DNA from: Amoebidium appalachense
Lineage: Eukaryota; Protista; Ichthyosporea
Direction: 5' to 3'
NCBI GenBank assembly: GCA_963693365.1
Contig: CAVNZM010000006.1
Location: 3,806,267-3,870,266, forward strand
DNA: 64,000 nt
The translations under genes were made by a program, and so were the position numbers. Below, piece by piece: positions 1-9,304 of the stretch. Position 1 is the first letter of the stretch; the number at the start of each line of letters is the position of its first letter. The notes beneath the pieces are model-generated. The model did not search any database and was not told the origin of the DNA. It saw only the letters and a program-made list of their open reading frames with translations.

Positions 1-1
1 G

Positions 2-775
2 CGCATTGAAGTTCCCACCCACATGCTTTTTGTTTGTCACTGACACGTAGTAGTCGCGCCCGATGATATCACCCAGGACGTCAAAGAACACGTTTTTGCC
101 CACACCTTGGACTGAGCGAAAAACAAGTGCAACTCCAGGTTTGATGTCGGGGTACTGAAAGAGCTGTGCCAGCCAGCGACGTGTGTAGAGGTAGGCTGCC
201 TCGTCGTAGTTGCACAACATGCGAAGATGGTCAAAAAACATGCTGGTTGCCGATTGGACAAGACGTCGTGCAGGGTCGTGCGCTATCTTGAGTCCACGGA
301 AAATGTTGAAAGGACGGCCTTGCCTCATGACGTTTCGTGCACGACGCTTCCCGGTCCGTGGATCTGGGTCTGCCGGGTCAAACACGAAGCGCGAGTACTG
401 CAAAATGTGGTCGCTCTCCATGAACCAGGTGCCCTTGCAGACGCGTGTGATGGGTCGGTTGCGCTCGAAAAACTCCATTCTGAAGAGGTACTTAGAGAGG
501 CATTCTCGCGCGCTCTTGGGTGAGTGCAGCTCGATGACGTGCCGCTCAGTCCTGTGGTCGTAGTTCTTGAGAAGGTATTGTGATCCGCATTCGACAAAGG
601 CCACGTTGCTCTGCAAAAAGCGAATGCAGTTCTCATAAGTCCATGAAATGCTCTGACACGTGCGTGGCTTGAAGCTCAGCCCAAACTGCGGTTCTGGGCT
701 GCAGTCCTCGAATCGCTGAAACAAAGTCTCCTCGGACATGGGAGGGACCTCCAACAGGTGAAATATGGATGACAT
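2..775 (-). CDS. D5-like superfamily 3 helicase (DUF5906/NrS-1 helicase type), 3' end outside window; not in the ORF track
   Basis: Hand translation from ATG at 775 is open to the window edge: MSSIFHLLEV...FNIFRGL...WLAQLFQYPDIKPGVALVFRSVQGVGKNVFFDVLGDIIGRDYY...GGNFNA. Walker A (QGVGKN) in the characteristic SF3/D5 context. Confidence 0.85.
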   Translation of the reverse strand, partial: MSSIFHLLEVPPMSEETLFQRFEDCSPEPQFGLSFKPRTCQSISWTYENCIRFLQSNVAFVECGSQYLLKNYDHRTERHVIELHSPKSARECLSKYLFRMEFFERNRPITRVCKGTWFMESDHILQYSRFVFDPADPDPRTGKRRARNVMRQGRPFNIFRGLKIAHDPARRLVQSATSMFFDHLRMLCNYDEAAYLYTRRWLAQLFQYPDIKPGVALVFRSVQGVGKNVFFDVLGDIIGRDYYVSVTNKKHVGGNFNA

Positions 776-1015
776 CGCTACTGGTGGCTTAGATAATATT
801 TTTTGCCGGCCAGGGGCAGACTGAGCCATTTTTGCATGCACGAGATTTTATATACCTTGCACCCCGGGGTCGCGCGGGGGCTTGGGCCCGGGGGGCACGC
901 CAGGCATGCACGACCGGTGAGGGATGGAAGGCACGGCGGGCTCGCAGGGCCCAGAGCCTCGTGGGCCACCCAAGCCCCCAACCGTGTCCCACCACCTAAG
1001 ACCACCCTCAAGCCG

Positions 1016-1324
1016 ATGGAGCTGCAGTTCCTGCGGGACCTGCTGAAGCGCGAGAACGGGTTTGAGGGTGCGCCCGCGTTCGAAGACGGCGCGAGGGTTA
1101 CTCCTGCTGCCCTCTTCCGACTCTACCAGTCCTGGTGGGAACACAACACACCCGACAAGTCCAAGCGGCCCACCCAGCGCGACTTTGGGATTGCAGTTAC
1201 GGCCATCCTGGGAAAAATTAAGAGCACCCGCGTCAATACAATAGCCTACGGCGCTGAAGGTTGTGAGGCCGCTTCAGGCTTTACACGCTGCTATGGTTTC
1301 GATCGCAAACTTATCGGAGTGTAG
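1016..1324 (+). CDS. Small protein resembling a stand-alone D5 C-terminal winged-helix domain
   Basis: MELQFLRDLL...VTPAALFRLYQSWWEHN...PTQRDFGIAV...RCYGF resembles the LY..Y..W...s...Fg..l pattern of D5/primase C-terminal domains. Divergent from the helicase gene. Confidence 0.5.
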   Translation: MELQFLRDLLKRENGFEGAPAFEDGARVTPAALFRLYQSWWEHNTPDKSKRPTQRDFGIAVTAILGKIKSTRVNTIAYGAEGCEAASGFTRCYGFDRKLIGV

Positions 1325-2016
1325 CGTGCTTGTGTGGCGTGTTGTGTGGCTAGTGGCTAGAACGTGGCCAGATCCGAGAGCCAATCAAATCGCGCCATTG
1401 GGTCCTCTGTGGCTACTGTGGCTACTTTTTCTCTTTGTGGCTACTGTGGCTAGAGAACTAAATCGGTGGCGGGGGTTGTGTTTGGCGGCTTTTGATTGGC
1501 TGTTGCTAGGGAGATCTCTGGTTTGGGTGTGAGTCGGAAAGAAGTGAACACAGTAGCCACAATAGCCACGCGGTTGGGGTAGCTGGGTAGGCAGGTCGTA
1601 GGTAATTTTTACACTGGAAATATTTTTGCCCTTTTTATTTTTTTCTAAAAGTAAGTTACTACTCTTTCGACCTTACTACCACTAAGTAAACGAACAACCC
1701 AAGCAAATAATTTATACTAAAACCCATTTTGGTGTGTGTTGGGGTCGCTACTTGTCGTAAGATCCCCATGGCTATGCAAGTGAACCGAGAAGGTCTTGCC
1801 AGGACACAGGAGCTCCCCGCAGCGTGGCCGGGAGGGGCTGGGCGGGCCTGCGCAGGGCCCGGGTGGCCGGGAGGGGCACGGCAGGCACGGTGGTCTCGCC
1901 GGCGGCACGAGCCTCGCGTGCCACGCATGCCACCCCCCGCCACCCAGCCCCCAGGCCCCCAGGCGGCGCGGATGGGTGACCGAGGACGACCGATATGGAC
2001 TCGACTCGGGTTGGGT

Positions 2017-2892
2017 TTATTGACGTGCCGCGGCGGCCCAGGCAGCAAACGCCGCGCGGCCATCCGCAAGCGCCTGCGCGACCTTCCCGGGGTCGACGTC
2101 CATGGGCGACGCAAACAGCCTCCGCTCCGGAGCGACCACCACGAGGCGATCTCCGAGGCGGGTGCGGAGGTTGGCGAACTCGGTGGCCGCTAGCTCGGTG
2201 CTCGAGTCACGCTGCAGCGCATAGCAGAGCTCCATGCCCGTTTTTGGCACGGATTCTGCGGGACAGTGCGCCAGCGAGTCGCACAGCACCGTGACGTAGA
2301 TGCCGTCGAACCCATCTGCGGCATCCTCGAGTGCTTTGGTGAGGGGCACCAGCTCAGAGACGCCGCCGTCCAGAAACACGGTGCCGCCGTACTCGACGGG
2401 GGGGACCGCGAGTGGAAGGGCCGAAGACGCGCGCATGCCGACCTGGTACTCGGGCCCTGTGAACCACCGCTCCTTCTTGTTGAGGAAGTCCCAGGCGACG
2501 CAGTGGCAGCGCGTGTAGATGTCCGCGTCGATGCCCTCCAGAAGCGCCGCCGCACGCTCCTGCAGGGTGAAGCGGCTGTACGCCGCCCCGTACAGCATTG
2601 ACCCCACAACCGTCCTCCAGGTTTTCGGAAGCAGCGCCATTGCGCCACCCCACGGTTCCACAATGTCCTCCACGCACTTCAGCTTCCCCAGCTCGCGCGC
2701 CAGGTCGTCCAGGCGGTCGGCAACCACGAACGGCGCCACCAGCGCGCCGACGGACGTGCCGTACACCCTGTCGACCCGGTACAGCCCCGACGCGAGCATC
2801 CCCTGCATGAACCCGACTTGGAAGCAGCCCTTGACGCCGCCCCCGGGCAGCAGGACCCGCACACGTGTCCTGGCTTGGGAGGGTGTGTCCAT
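2017..2892 (-). CDS. Patatin-like phospholipase
   Basis: GGGVKG glycine loop, GTSVG nucleophile motif, RASSALP and DGG catalytic Asp motif. Intronless; start taken at MDTPSQ. Confidence 0.92.
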   Translation of the reverse strand: MDTPSQARTRVRVLLPGGGVKGCFQVGFMQGMLASGLYRVDRVYGTSVGALVAPFVVADRLDDLARELGKLKCVEDIVEPWGGAMALLPKTWRTVVGSMLYGAAYSRFTLQERAAALLEGIDADIYTRCHCVAWDFLNKKERWFTGPEYQVGMRASSALPLAVPPVEYGGTVFLDGGVSELVPLTKALEDAADGFDGIYVTVLCDSLAHCPAESVPKTGMELCYALQRDSSTELAATEFANLRTRLGDRLVVVAPERRLFASPMDVDPGKVAQALADGRAAFAAWAAAARQ

Positions 2893-3388
2893 GTTGATGT
2901 AGCCGAGAGAGAAAACAGACATGTGCAACATGTTTCAATATTTGAAATTCCCACGACCCGGGCATGCACGGCCGGCCGGGAGGGGCGGGGCGGGGCGGGG
3001 CACACAGGCCCGGCCCGGGAGGCAGGCGTGGCGCGTGCGCTGGGGAGAAACGCGGGCCACCCCCAGCCACCCCAGCCCCCCACCGGGAACCAGTCAACAC
3101 GGGGTTGGTTTGGGGTGTGTTGATTGGCCATTATGAATGCAGCGCCTGCTCCCTCCACAGCCAATGAACGTCGAGTGCCATCGATCAGTTGTGTCCGATT
3201 GGAGAACATGTACAGCGGGCCGAATTGGGAATTTTGATTGGCGTCGCGTGAGAGCCCGGGACCGCCACAGCCAATGGGCGACGGCGGGGCCTCCCAACGG
3301 CTCGGCACAAGGGTACATAAGCACAGACGGTGTTGTCAAAAGCACACTCTTACTGCAGCGTGACAAGTGGGCTTTTGGAATTGCCAAC

Positions 3389-4414
3389 ATGACGCACATT
3401 GAGCGTATTCACATTCTCGGTGAGGACCGCGAGCCCCGGTTCGCCTACCAACCGGAGCTGTTCTACACGCTGCACCTGCACCCCGAGGCGCCTGGCTCGA
3501 TCCGCATGGGCACCGCCGCGATCTTCAGCACGAAGACAGGGGAGGAGAGGGTGTGGCCGGTCGACGTAATCCTCTCCGGGCCGGTACCGCGGCAGTTTGT
3601 CGACGAGGAGGGGCGGTGGACCCAGCGGGACAGTTCCACAGCCTGCGACGACCCCCGCTTCGTCGGGCGTGGCAGCGCGGTGTGGCGTGCACTGTACGAC
3701 GAGCTCCAGGCGCCGGCGCTGCGCAGCCTCATCCCCGACGACACGGGCCTCGGGTTTCTCCTCCGCAAGTGCCCCCACCCCGACTTCAACGATGTGGACA
3801 ACGACGAGGTGATCACCGTCGAGGAGACGGAGCACGTCTGGGGTGTGAGGCTTGGGCAGGCGATGGCGGCTCCCACCGTGGTTCGGCCGCTCCACCAGGT
3901 CGTCGAGAGCGCGACGGTCCGCGCGGCACCGGTGCCGGACGAGCAGTGTTCCGTGTACGCATTGAACACGTTGGCCAGCGACGAGGTGGCCAGGACGGTA
4001 GAAATGTTTGAGGTCTGGCCGGTGCTTCATTGTGGGCAGCCCGCGCTGCGCCTGGGTCTCTACTACCTGCTGGCCGAGGGGGCGCTGGCCGAGCGCTTTG
4101 TGCCCCTGGACGTCATCGTCCAAGGCGACTGGGTCGAGGCCAAGATCGACGAGCACGGGAAGTGGAGGGCCGGAGCGGTGGTTGGGCGAAGGGCGGTGGG
4201 CAGCGAGGATGCGTTCCACCTCCAGATTGACATTGCGCTCGACCAGCACATGGAGTTGGGGGTGATGTCGCGGCAGATGCTGGGAATGGATGCTACCAGG
4301 GAGGAGGTGCTTGAAGTTGCACCACGCAGAATGTACGAGGAGGATTGTGACGTGCGCACCGTGGAGTCCAAATTCCCGTTCGAGGCCCACGCGTTTAAGC
4401 ATCTATTTTCGTGA
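3389..4414 (+). CDS. Hypothetical viral protein with a two-fold internal domain repeat
   Basis: GC3-rich ORF from MTHIERIH. ERVWPVDVILSG..FVDEEGRW recurs as ERFVPLDVIVQG..KIDEHGKW. Confidence 0.65.
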   Translation: MTHIERIHILGEDREPRFAYQPELFYTLHLHPEAPGSIRMGTAAIFSTKTGEERVWPVDVILSGPVPRQFVDEEGRWTQRDSSTACDDPRFVGRGSAVWRALYDELQAPALRSLIPDDTGLGFLLRKCPHPDFNDVDNDEVITVEETEHVWGVRLGQAMAAPTVVRPLHQVVESATVRAAPVPDEQCSVYALNTLASDEVARTVEMFEVWPVLHCGQPALRLGLYYLLAEGALAERFVPLDVIVQGDWVEAKIDEHGKWRAGAVVGRRAVGSEDAFHLQIDIALDQHMELGVMSRQMLGMDATREEVLEVAPRRMYEEDCDVRTVESKFPFEAHAFKHLFS

Positions 4415-4444
4415 CAGACGGGTGAACCTGGCGAACTTGGTGAT

Positions 4445-4582
4445 TGCGCATATGTGAGCCTAAACCCTAAGGGTTGTGTGGGGGGTGGGGGGTGGGTGTG
4501 TATTTGTGTTGGTTGCGCATATGTGAGCCTAAACCCTAACGGTTGTGTGGGGGGTGGGGGGTGGGTGTGTATTTGTGTTGGT
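4445..4582 (+). repeat. Two ~69-bp direct repeats containing CCTAAACCCTAA
   Basis: tgcgcatatgtgagcctaaaccctaa(g/c)ggttgtgtggggg...tatttgtgttggt occurs twice in tandem. Confidence 0.85.
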
Positions 4583-4855
4583 CATTTGCCCCCAGGATGG
4601 GTCAAAACGCGCAGCGCGCAAATAAACCACAAAAACACACGAGCGCGCCCCCCCCGAGAGGCGCGCGAGGCGCGCGAGGCCTGGGAGGCCCGCCCGCCCG
4701 GCGAGCCACGCGTGCCACGCATGCCACGCATGCCCCCAGGCCCCGCCCTGGGTCGGGAATTTGGCGAGCAATTGGTCAATGTGACCATTTGCCGTTTTGC
4801 TTGCAACTTGGTTGTGAATGCAATCGATCGGTCAATGTGACCGGTTGCCATTTTG

Positions 4856-4919
4856 GTTGTGTGTGTGTGTGTGGGTGTGGGTGTGTATGGGTCGGGCTGT
4901 GTGTGTGTGTGTGTGTGTG

Positions 4920-4973
<54 letters not shown>
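4856..4973. repeat. (GT)n microsatellite inside the viral block
   Basis: Direct observation; same type as the host intron microsatellites. Confidence 0.9.
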
Positions 4974-4976
<3 letters not shown>

Positions 4977-5124
4977 ACTAGAACATGTTAGCCAAACGCC
5001 TCGCGATTTGAGGCTTTTGAAATGCTTGTCCGTGACCACCCGCTCCAGTTGTGTGCTGCACCCTCCCGCTGGTCGGGTACAAAAGGCGCCGCGCACAAAA
5101 TAAAATCGCAGTCTAACACTGAAG

Positions 5125-6471
5125 ATGTCTTCAAACATATCTCCTCCTCCGTACACGCCCATCGGCCCCACCTGGAAGCCCGCTCCCGACCACGAGTCGC
5201 GCGTGGACACGTCTTCGGTTCCCGCGTGGCCCGGCGTGCGCCCATTCTTCGCGCCGGACGGGGAGAAGGTGCTGACGTACCTCACGAAGTTCGACGGGCA
5301 CGTGTTCTTTAACGCGGGATACTCCGCGTCCCTCGGGAGCAAGGAGGCGGGTGTGCGGAAGAACCCGGTTGTGTGGAAGAGTAACAATCCGGTCGTTCTT
5401 TCGAAGACTTCTGAGTTGATGAGGACCATTCTGACCCCAGAACTGTCCTCTGATTGGTTGGTTAGATCGGCCTATGCAAACATCAAGAAACTACCCGCCG
5501 TGGGCAATCCAGATGGTTCTGTTGCCTACGCCTATGCGACTCACAACCTGGAGCCCAGCATCGAGATGTACCGCGGGACCTGGTTTGGATTCGAGCTGAC
5601 AGCGCCATTTCTACGCTACTGCTTCCCCGCGCTGGGCGACTTCTGGGACAACGTGATGGTCAAGTCGCACCTGGGCCAGATGAACTACTTCGCGGATCTG
5701 GTGCGCATCGCCGACCAGGGTCGCGGCGACGGTGCAAAGACCAAGTCCGTGCACATCGACATGGAGGCCGCGGACGCGGAGGGCCCGCGCGCGGTAAAGC
5801 GTGAGCGCAAGGACGACGGGGAGCAGCAGGTGGCCAAGCGCAACCCGCTGGATGCCATGCTGGAACCGAGCAACTGGTTCAAGCCGGGAGTGGACTTCGA
5901 CACCGCGCTCGAGCAACTCAACAAGTTCATAACCACCGCGCACCGCGACATCTGTACCAACTACTGCCCCGAGGCGCTCGCGGCGGTCAAGCGCGCGGAG
6001 GAGGTGGAGCGACAGGAGCGGGCCAAACAAGACACAATCCAGCGGGGCATCGACTCGACAATGGCCATGGTGAAGGCCGTGCGCGAGATGAAGGCGGAGC
6101 TCAAGGGACTGGACGTGCACTTTGTGGCGTGGCGGCAGCTGAATTTCGAGTGGTCGCTCAAGGCCGCGGGCGGAGCGTGCGTGTACGCGCTGCACATCGA
6201 CGGATACGTCAAGATTGGGCACACGGGCAACTCACTCTTCCAGCGCTACAAGCACGATCTGTGGTCCCATGACATGAAGGAGTTGATCGTGGTCTGTATG
6301 CCCCATCGAAACAAGAACGAGGCGGAGCAGTTCGAGAAGCTGGTGCAGAACCAGCTCAAGCAGGTTCGGGTGATGGTGGGCAACAAGCGCGAGATGTTCG
6401 CGGCGGACTACGTGCGCGTGTCAAACGCGTTCAGGGAGGTGTACGGGGACGACGACATCCGCTTTGTGTAG
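5125..6471 (+). CDS. KilA-N-like plus C-terminal T5orf172 (GIY-YIG-like) domain protein
   Basis: N-terminal DGHVFFNAG...YRGTWFGFELTAPFLRYCFP is KilA-N-like. Central coiled coil. C-terminal VYAL..GYVKIGHT...RY...EKLV...KREMF is T5orf172-like. Confidence 0.75.
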   Translation: MSSNISPPPYTPIGPTWKPAPDHESRVDTSSVPAWPGVRPFFAPDGEKVLTYLTKFDGHVFFNAGYSASLGSKEAGVRKNPVVWKSNNPVVLSKTSELMRTILTPELSSDWLVRSAYANIKKLPAVGNPDGSVAYAYATHNLEPSIEMYRGTWFGFELTAPFLRYCFPALGDFWDNVMVKSHLGQMNYFADLVRIADQGRGDGAKTKSVHIDMEAADAEGPRAVKRERKDDGEQQVAKRNPLDAMLEPSNWFKPGVDFDTALEQLNKFITTAHRDICTNYCPEALAAVKRAEEVERQERAKQDTIQRGIDSTMAMVKAVREMKAELKGLDVHFVAWRQLNFEWSLKAAGGACVYALHIDGYVKIGHTGNSLFQRYKHDLWSHDMKELIVVCMPHRNKNEAEQFEKLVQNQLKQVRVMVGNKREMFAADYVRVSNAFREVYGDDDIRFV

Positions 6472-6632
6472 AACTATCTGTGTCGCACATTTGAAGATGG
6501 ATTACTCAAGCAATCACTCAAGCAATCACTCAAGATGAGTGATTGCCAGTTTCGTTTGCATCCAGGAGCACGAGATCCCCAACCCCCAGTCCTGCACCAA
6601 ACATTTATTACACAAAACCCGCTCCAGGCGAG

Positions 6633-8027
6633 CTACATAAAGTGAACCTTCAAGTTGTCCGCCGTGTGGTGTTTTACGTGGAATGGGGCCAATAGCTTCT
6701 CTGTGTCTTCAATCGAAACCAGCCTGCAGTACAGAACACCCAAGTCGTTCGTCGCCTCGTACCAGTCGTAAAACATGTATATCACTCGGATGCGTCCTTC
6801 GTTGAAAAGGACTTTGTAGTCCAGGTCTCGGGCGTGGTTGATCACCTGAGTCAGCGCATCGAGCCTCTGCTTCATGTTTGTCCGCTGTGAGGTGCCGTTG
6901 ACCTTGAATCCGTGTGGGTTGAAGCGAATAAACAGAGTCGACGCTTCGTGTGAAGACGCCTGGTTGAACATGCGGGCTACCTCACAGGTTGCATCGTAGG
7001 CGCGGTGTTGGTCCTCGTCAACCTCTATGACCAGCAGAAATGTGCCAAAATCGTAGTACAGATCTGGTCGAGTGCGTTCTCCGCATTCGTTGGGTACCAC
7101 TCTGTCGTGGCTCGTTGGGGGTCCAATGGCTTTGGAGACGTGGCGCAGCACCTTGATCTCAGGGCGCGCCTCTGACCATTTGGTTCGCAGCGTGGACTGC
7201 GGATCGCACATGGCGCATAGGTTGCCCTTTCTGTATACCCTTGTCAATTGGCATGCTGAACAAAAGCGACGCGTGTCACAGAGCCTGCATGACGCCTTCT
7301 GTTTGCCATGTCCACAGATTCCCAAGCCGCCACACGACCTGCAGTGCCTCTTTCGCCTCCCATGCTGGCACACTGAAGAACCGTGGCATTGCTTGCATAT
7401 GTGCTTCAGTTTATCGTGCACGCAGATGCCCGAGCCGCCACACGGCCTGCAGTACCTCTTCTGGGTCCCGTGCTCGCAGAATGCTGAACCGCCGCACGGT
7501 CTGCATTCTCTCCTCATCCTGTCGTGTTCGCATATGGCGGAGCCACCACATGGCTTGCAGCGACCCCTCTGTCTACCATGTTCACAGATTGTCTTACCGC
7601 CGCATGGTTTGCAACTGGCCTTTTGCCTGTCATGCTCGCAGATGGCTGAACCACGACAAGGCTTGATTTCTGCCTTTAACCTGTCGTGCTCGCAGAACGC
7701 TGAGCCTTTACATGGTCTGCAGCGAGCCTTCACCCTGTTATGCTCGCACAACGCAGAGCCGCCACACGACCTGCATGTTGCCTTCCGCTTGCCGTGTTCG
7801 CAGATCGCCGAGCCACCACACATCTTGCATGTTGTCTTCTCTCTGTTATGCTCGCAAAATGCGGAACCGCCACATGGCCGGCATCTTGTCTTTCGCTTTC
7901 CATGTTCGCAAACCCCTGAACCGCCACATGGCTTGCAGTATCTTTTTTGACAGCCGTGTGCACATTTGCGGGAGACAGCATGCGCAACAGAGGATGCCAC
8001 AAAATCTCCTTGGTCAGGTGGAGTCAT
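6633..8027 (-). CDS. Cys/His (CEHxxxKxxCxxCGGS) repeat protein with C-terminal PD-(D/E)xK-like endonuclease
   Basis: About 13 tandem 18-aa Cys/His repeats followed by RPDL...LVIEVDEDQH..Y..CE..RM...IRFNP, an architecture common in NCLDV genomes. Confidence 0.85.
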   Translation of the reverse strand: MTPPDQGDFVASSVAHAVSRKCAHGCQKRYCKPCGGSGVCEHGKRKTRCRPCGGSAFCEHNREKTTCKMCGGSAICEHGKRKATCRSCGGSALCEHNRVKARCRPCKGSAFCEHDRLKAEIKPCRGSAICEHDRQKASCKPCGGKTICEHGRQRGRCKPCGGSAICEHDRMRRECRPCGGSAFCEHGTQKRYCRPCGGSGICVHDKLKHICKQCHGSSVCQHGRRKRHCRSCGGLGICGHGKQKASCRLCDTRRFCSACQLTRVYRKGNLCAMCDPQSTLRTKWSEARPEIKVLRHVSKAIGPPTSHDRVVPNECGERTRPDLYYDFGTFLLVIEVDEDQHRAYDATCEVARMFNQASSHEASTLFIRFNPHGFKVNGTSQRTNMKQRLDALTQVINHARDLDYKVLFNEGRIRVIYMFYDWYEATNDLGVLYCRLVSIEDTEKLLAPFHVKHHTADNLKVHFM

Positions 8028-8153
8028 ATTTTCAGATTCACAGCTGGCTCTTGTGAGTAGGCACTGATATTATTGCGCGCGTGTAGCAGTGTGTTGTGCA
8101 TCAACAACAGCCGCGTCTATAAAAACCCTATTCACCACGCAAACACCTCCACA

Positions 8154-8930
8154 ATGGATCTTCTCACTAGAATCCAGGAACACGAAGTGCCCTTCACACA
8201 GGGAAGTGCGCAGTGGCTTAAGGCCCGGGCATCCATGCTCACCGCGAGCGACGTGGGCGCGGCGCTGGGTGTGAATCCCTATCAGACCAGGAAACATCTC
8301 ATCGAATGCAAATCTGGTCTGCAAAGACGAATCGTCGACCCCGTGTTCGTGGCATTCGGACACAAGCACGAGGCCAACGCGGCGGACGCGTACATGCGCG
8401 CGACGGGGCGCTCGTGCATCGAGCTGGGGCTGATCCGGCACGCGGAGCACCGGTGGCTGGGGGCGAGCCCGGACCGGGTGACGCTGTGCGGGCGCGCGGT
8501 GGAGATCAAGGTGCCGTACAAGCGCAATTTCATGGACGGACAGCCGATCCCCGAGCACTATGTGGCGCAGGTGCAGACACAGCTGTTTGTGCTGGGGCTG
8601 GAGGTCGCGGACTTTGTGCAGTTCGACCCGCGCGACGGGTCGCTGCGCATCGACGAGATCCCGCGGGACAAGGAGTGGTGGGCCAAGCACGGCAAGACAT
8701 TAATGAGTTTCCAGGCCAAAGTGTTAGACATACGTGCAGATCACGAGCTGCAGGGATGGGAGACAGAGGACCAAGACACAGCGATTGTCACATTCCCGAT
8801 TTTATATAAACTCGCAGGGCAATGTGTGTATAGATGGACACAATCCACCGACTACACCCCGGCCCCGGCCATCAGCCGCAGTAGCGGCATCGGCAGTATA
8901 TATACGACAAAGGGATGTACGGTAAGATAG
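8154..8930 (+). CDS. YqaJ-like viral recombinase / lambda-exonuclease family
   Basis: QGSAQWLKAR..LTASD, G.KHE, LGASPDRV, EIKVP and Y.AQVQTQL motifs. TATAAAA at ~8118 upstream. Confidence 0.92.
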   Translation: MDLLTRIQEHEVPFTQGSAQWLKARASMLTASDVGAALGVNPYQTRKHLIECKSGLQRRIVDPVFVAFGHKHEANAADAYMRATGRSCIELGLIRHAEHRWLGASPDRVTLCGRAVEIKVPYKRNFMDGQPIPEHYVAQVQTQLFVLGLEVADFVQFDPRDGSLRIDEIPRDKEWWAKHGKTLMSFQAKVLDIRADHELQGWETEDQDTAIVTFPILYKLAGQCVYRWTQSTDYTPAPAISRSSGIGSIYTTKGCTVR

Positions 8931-9065
8931 AGCATCAACAGGTACCGCTTTATCAAATTTTGTTTTTTTGTGTAAGTGTGCTGGTCCGGGAGGCCAGGTG
9001 CCTGTATGGTGGGTGAAAATGGATCCTGTGACACCATGACTGCTTTATGGTTAATATATTATGCA

Positions 9066-9302
9066 ATGAAGCCCAAGTATGTCAAGGGACGGTACTGTAG
9101 AAGAGGCAAACGGATCTACCGCCGAAAGCTCCGAAACGCACGAAAAAAGTACAAAGTCCAAAAGAAACATCTAAAACGCATATGGGAACCATCCTATCGT
9201 GTACTTGACTATGTGACCGGCATACCGACCATGACAACCAACAACGGGTGGGACATCACAAGCTACGAGTACCCCCTACACTACAACATTTCCCGTATGT
9301 AA
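9066..9302 (+). CDS. Small basic hypothetical protein
   Basis: K/R-rich 78-aa ORF (MKPKYVKGRYCRRGKRIYRRK...) abutting the stop of the convergent gene. Confidence 0.4.
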   Translation: MKPKYVKGRYCRRGKRIYRRKLRNARKKYKVQKKHLKRIWEPSYRVLDYVTGIPTMTTNNGWDITSYEYPLHYNISRM

Positions 9303-9304
9303 GT

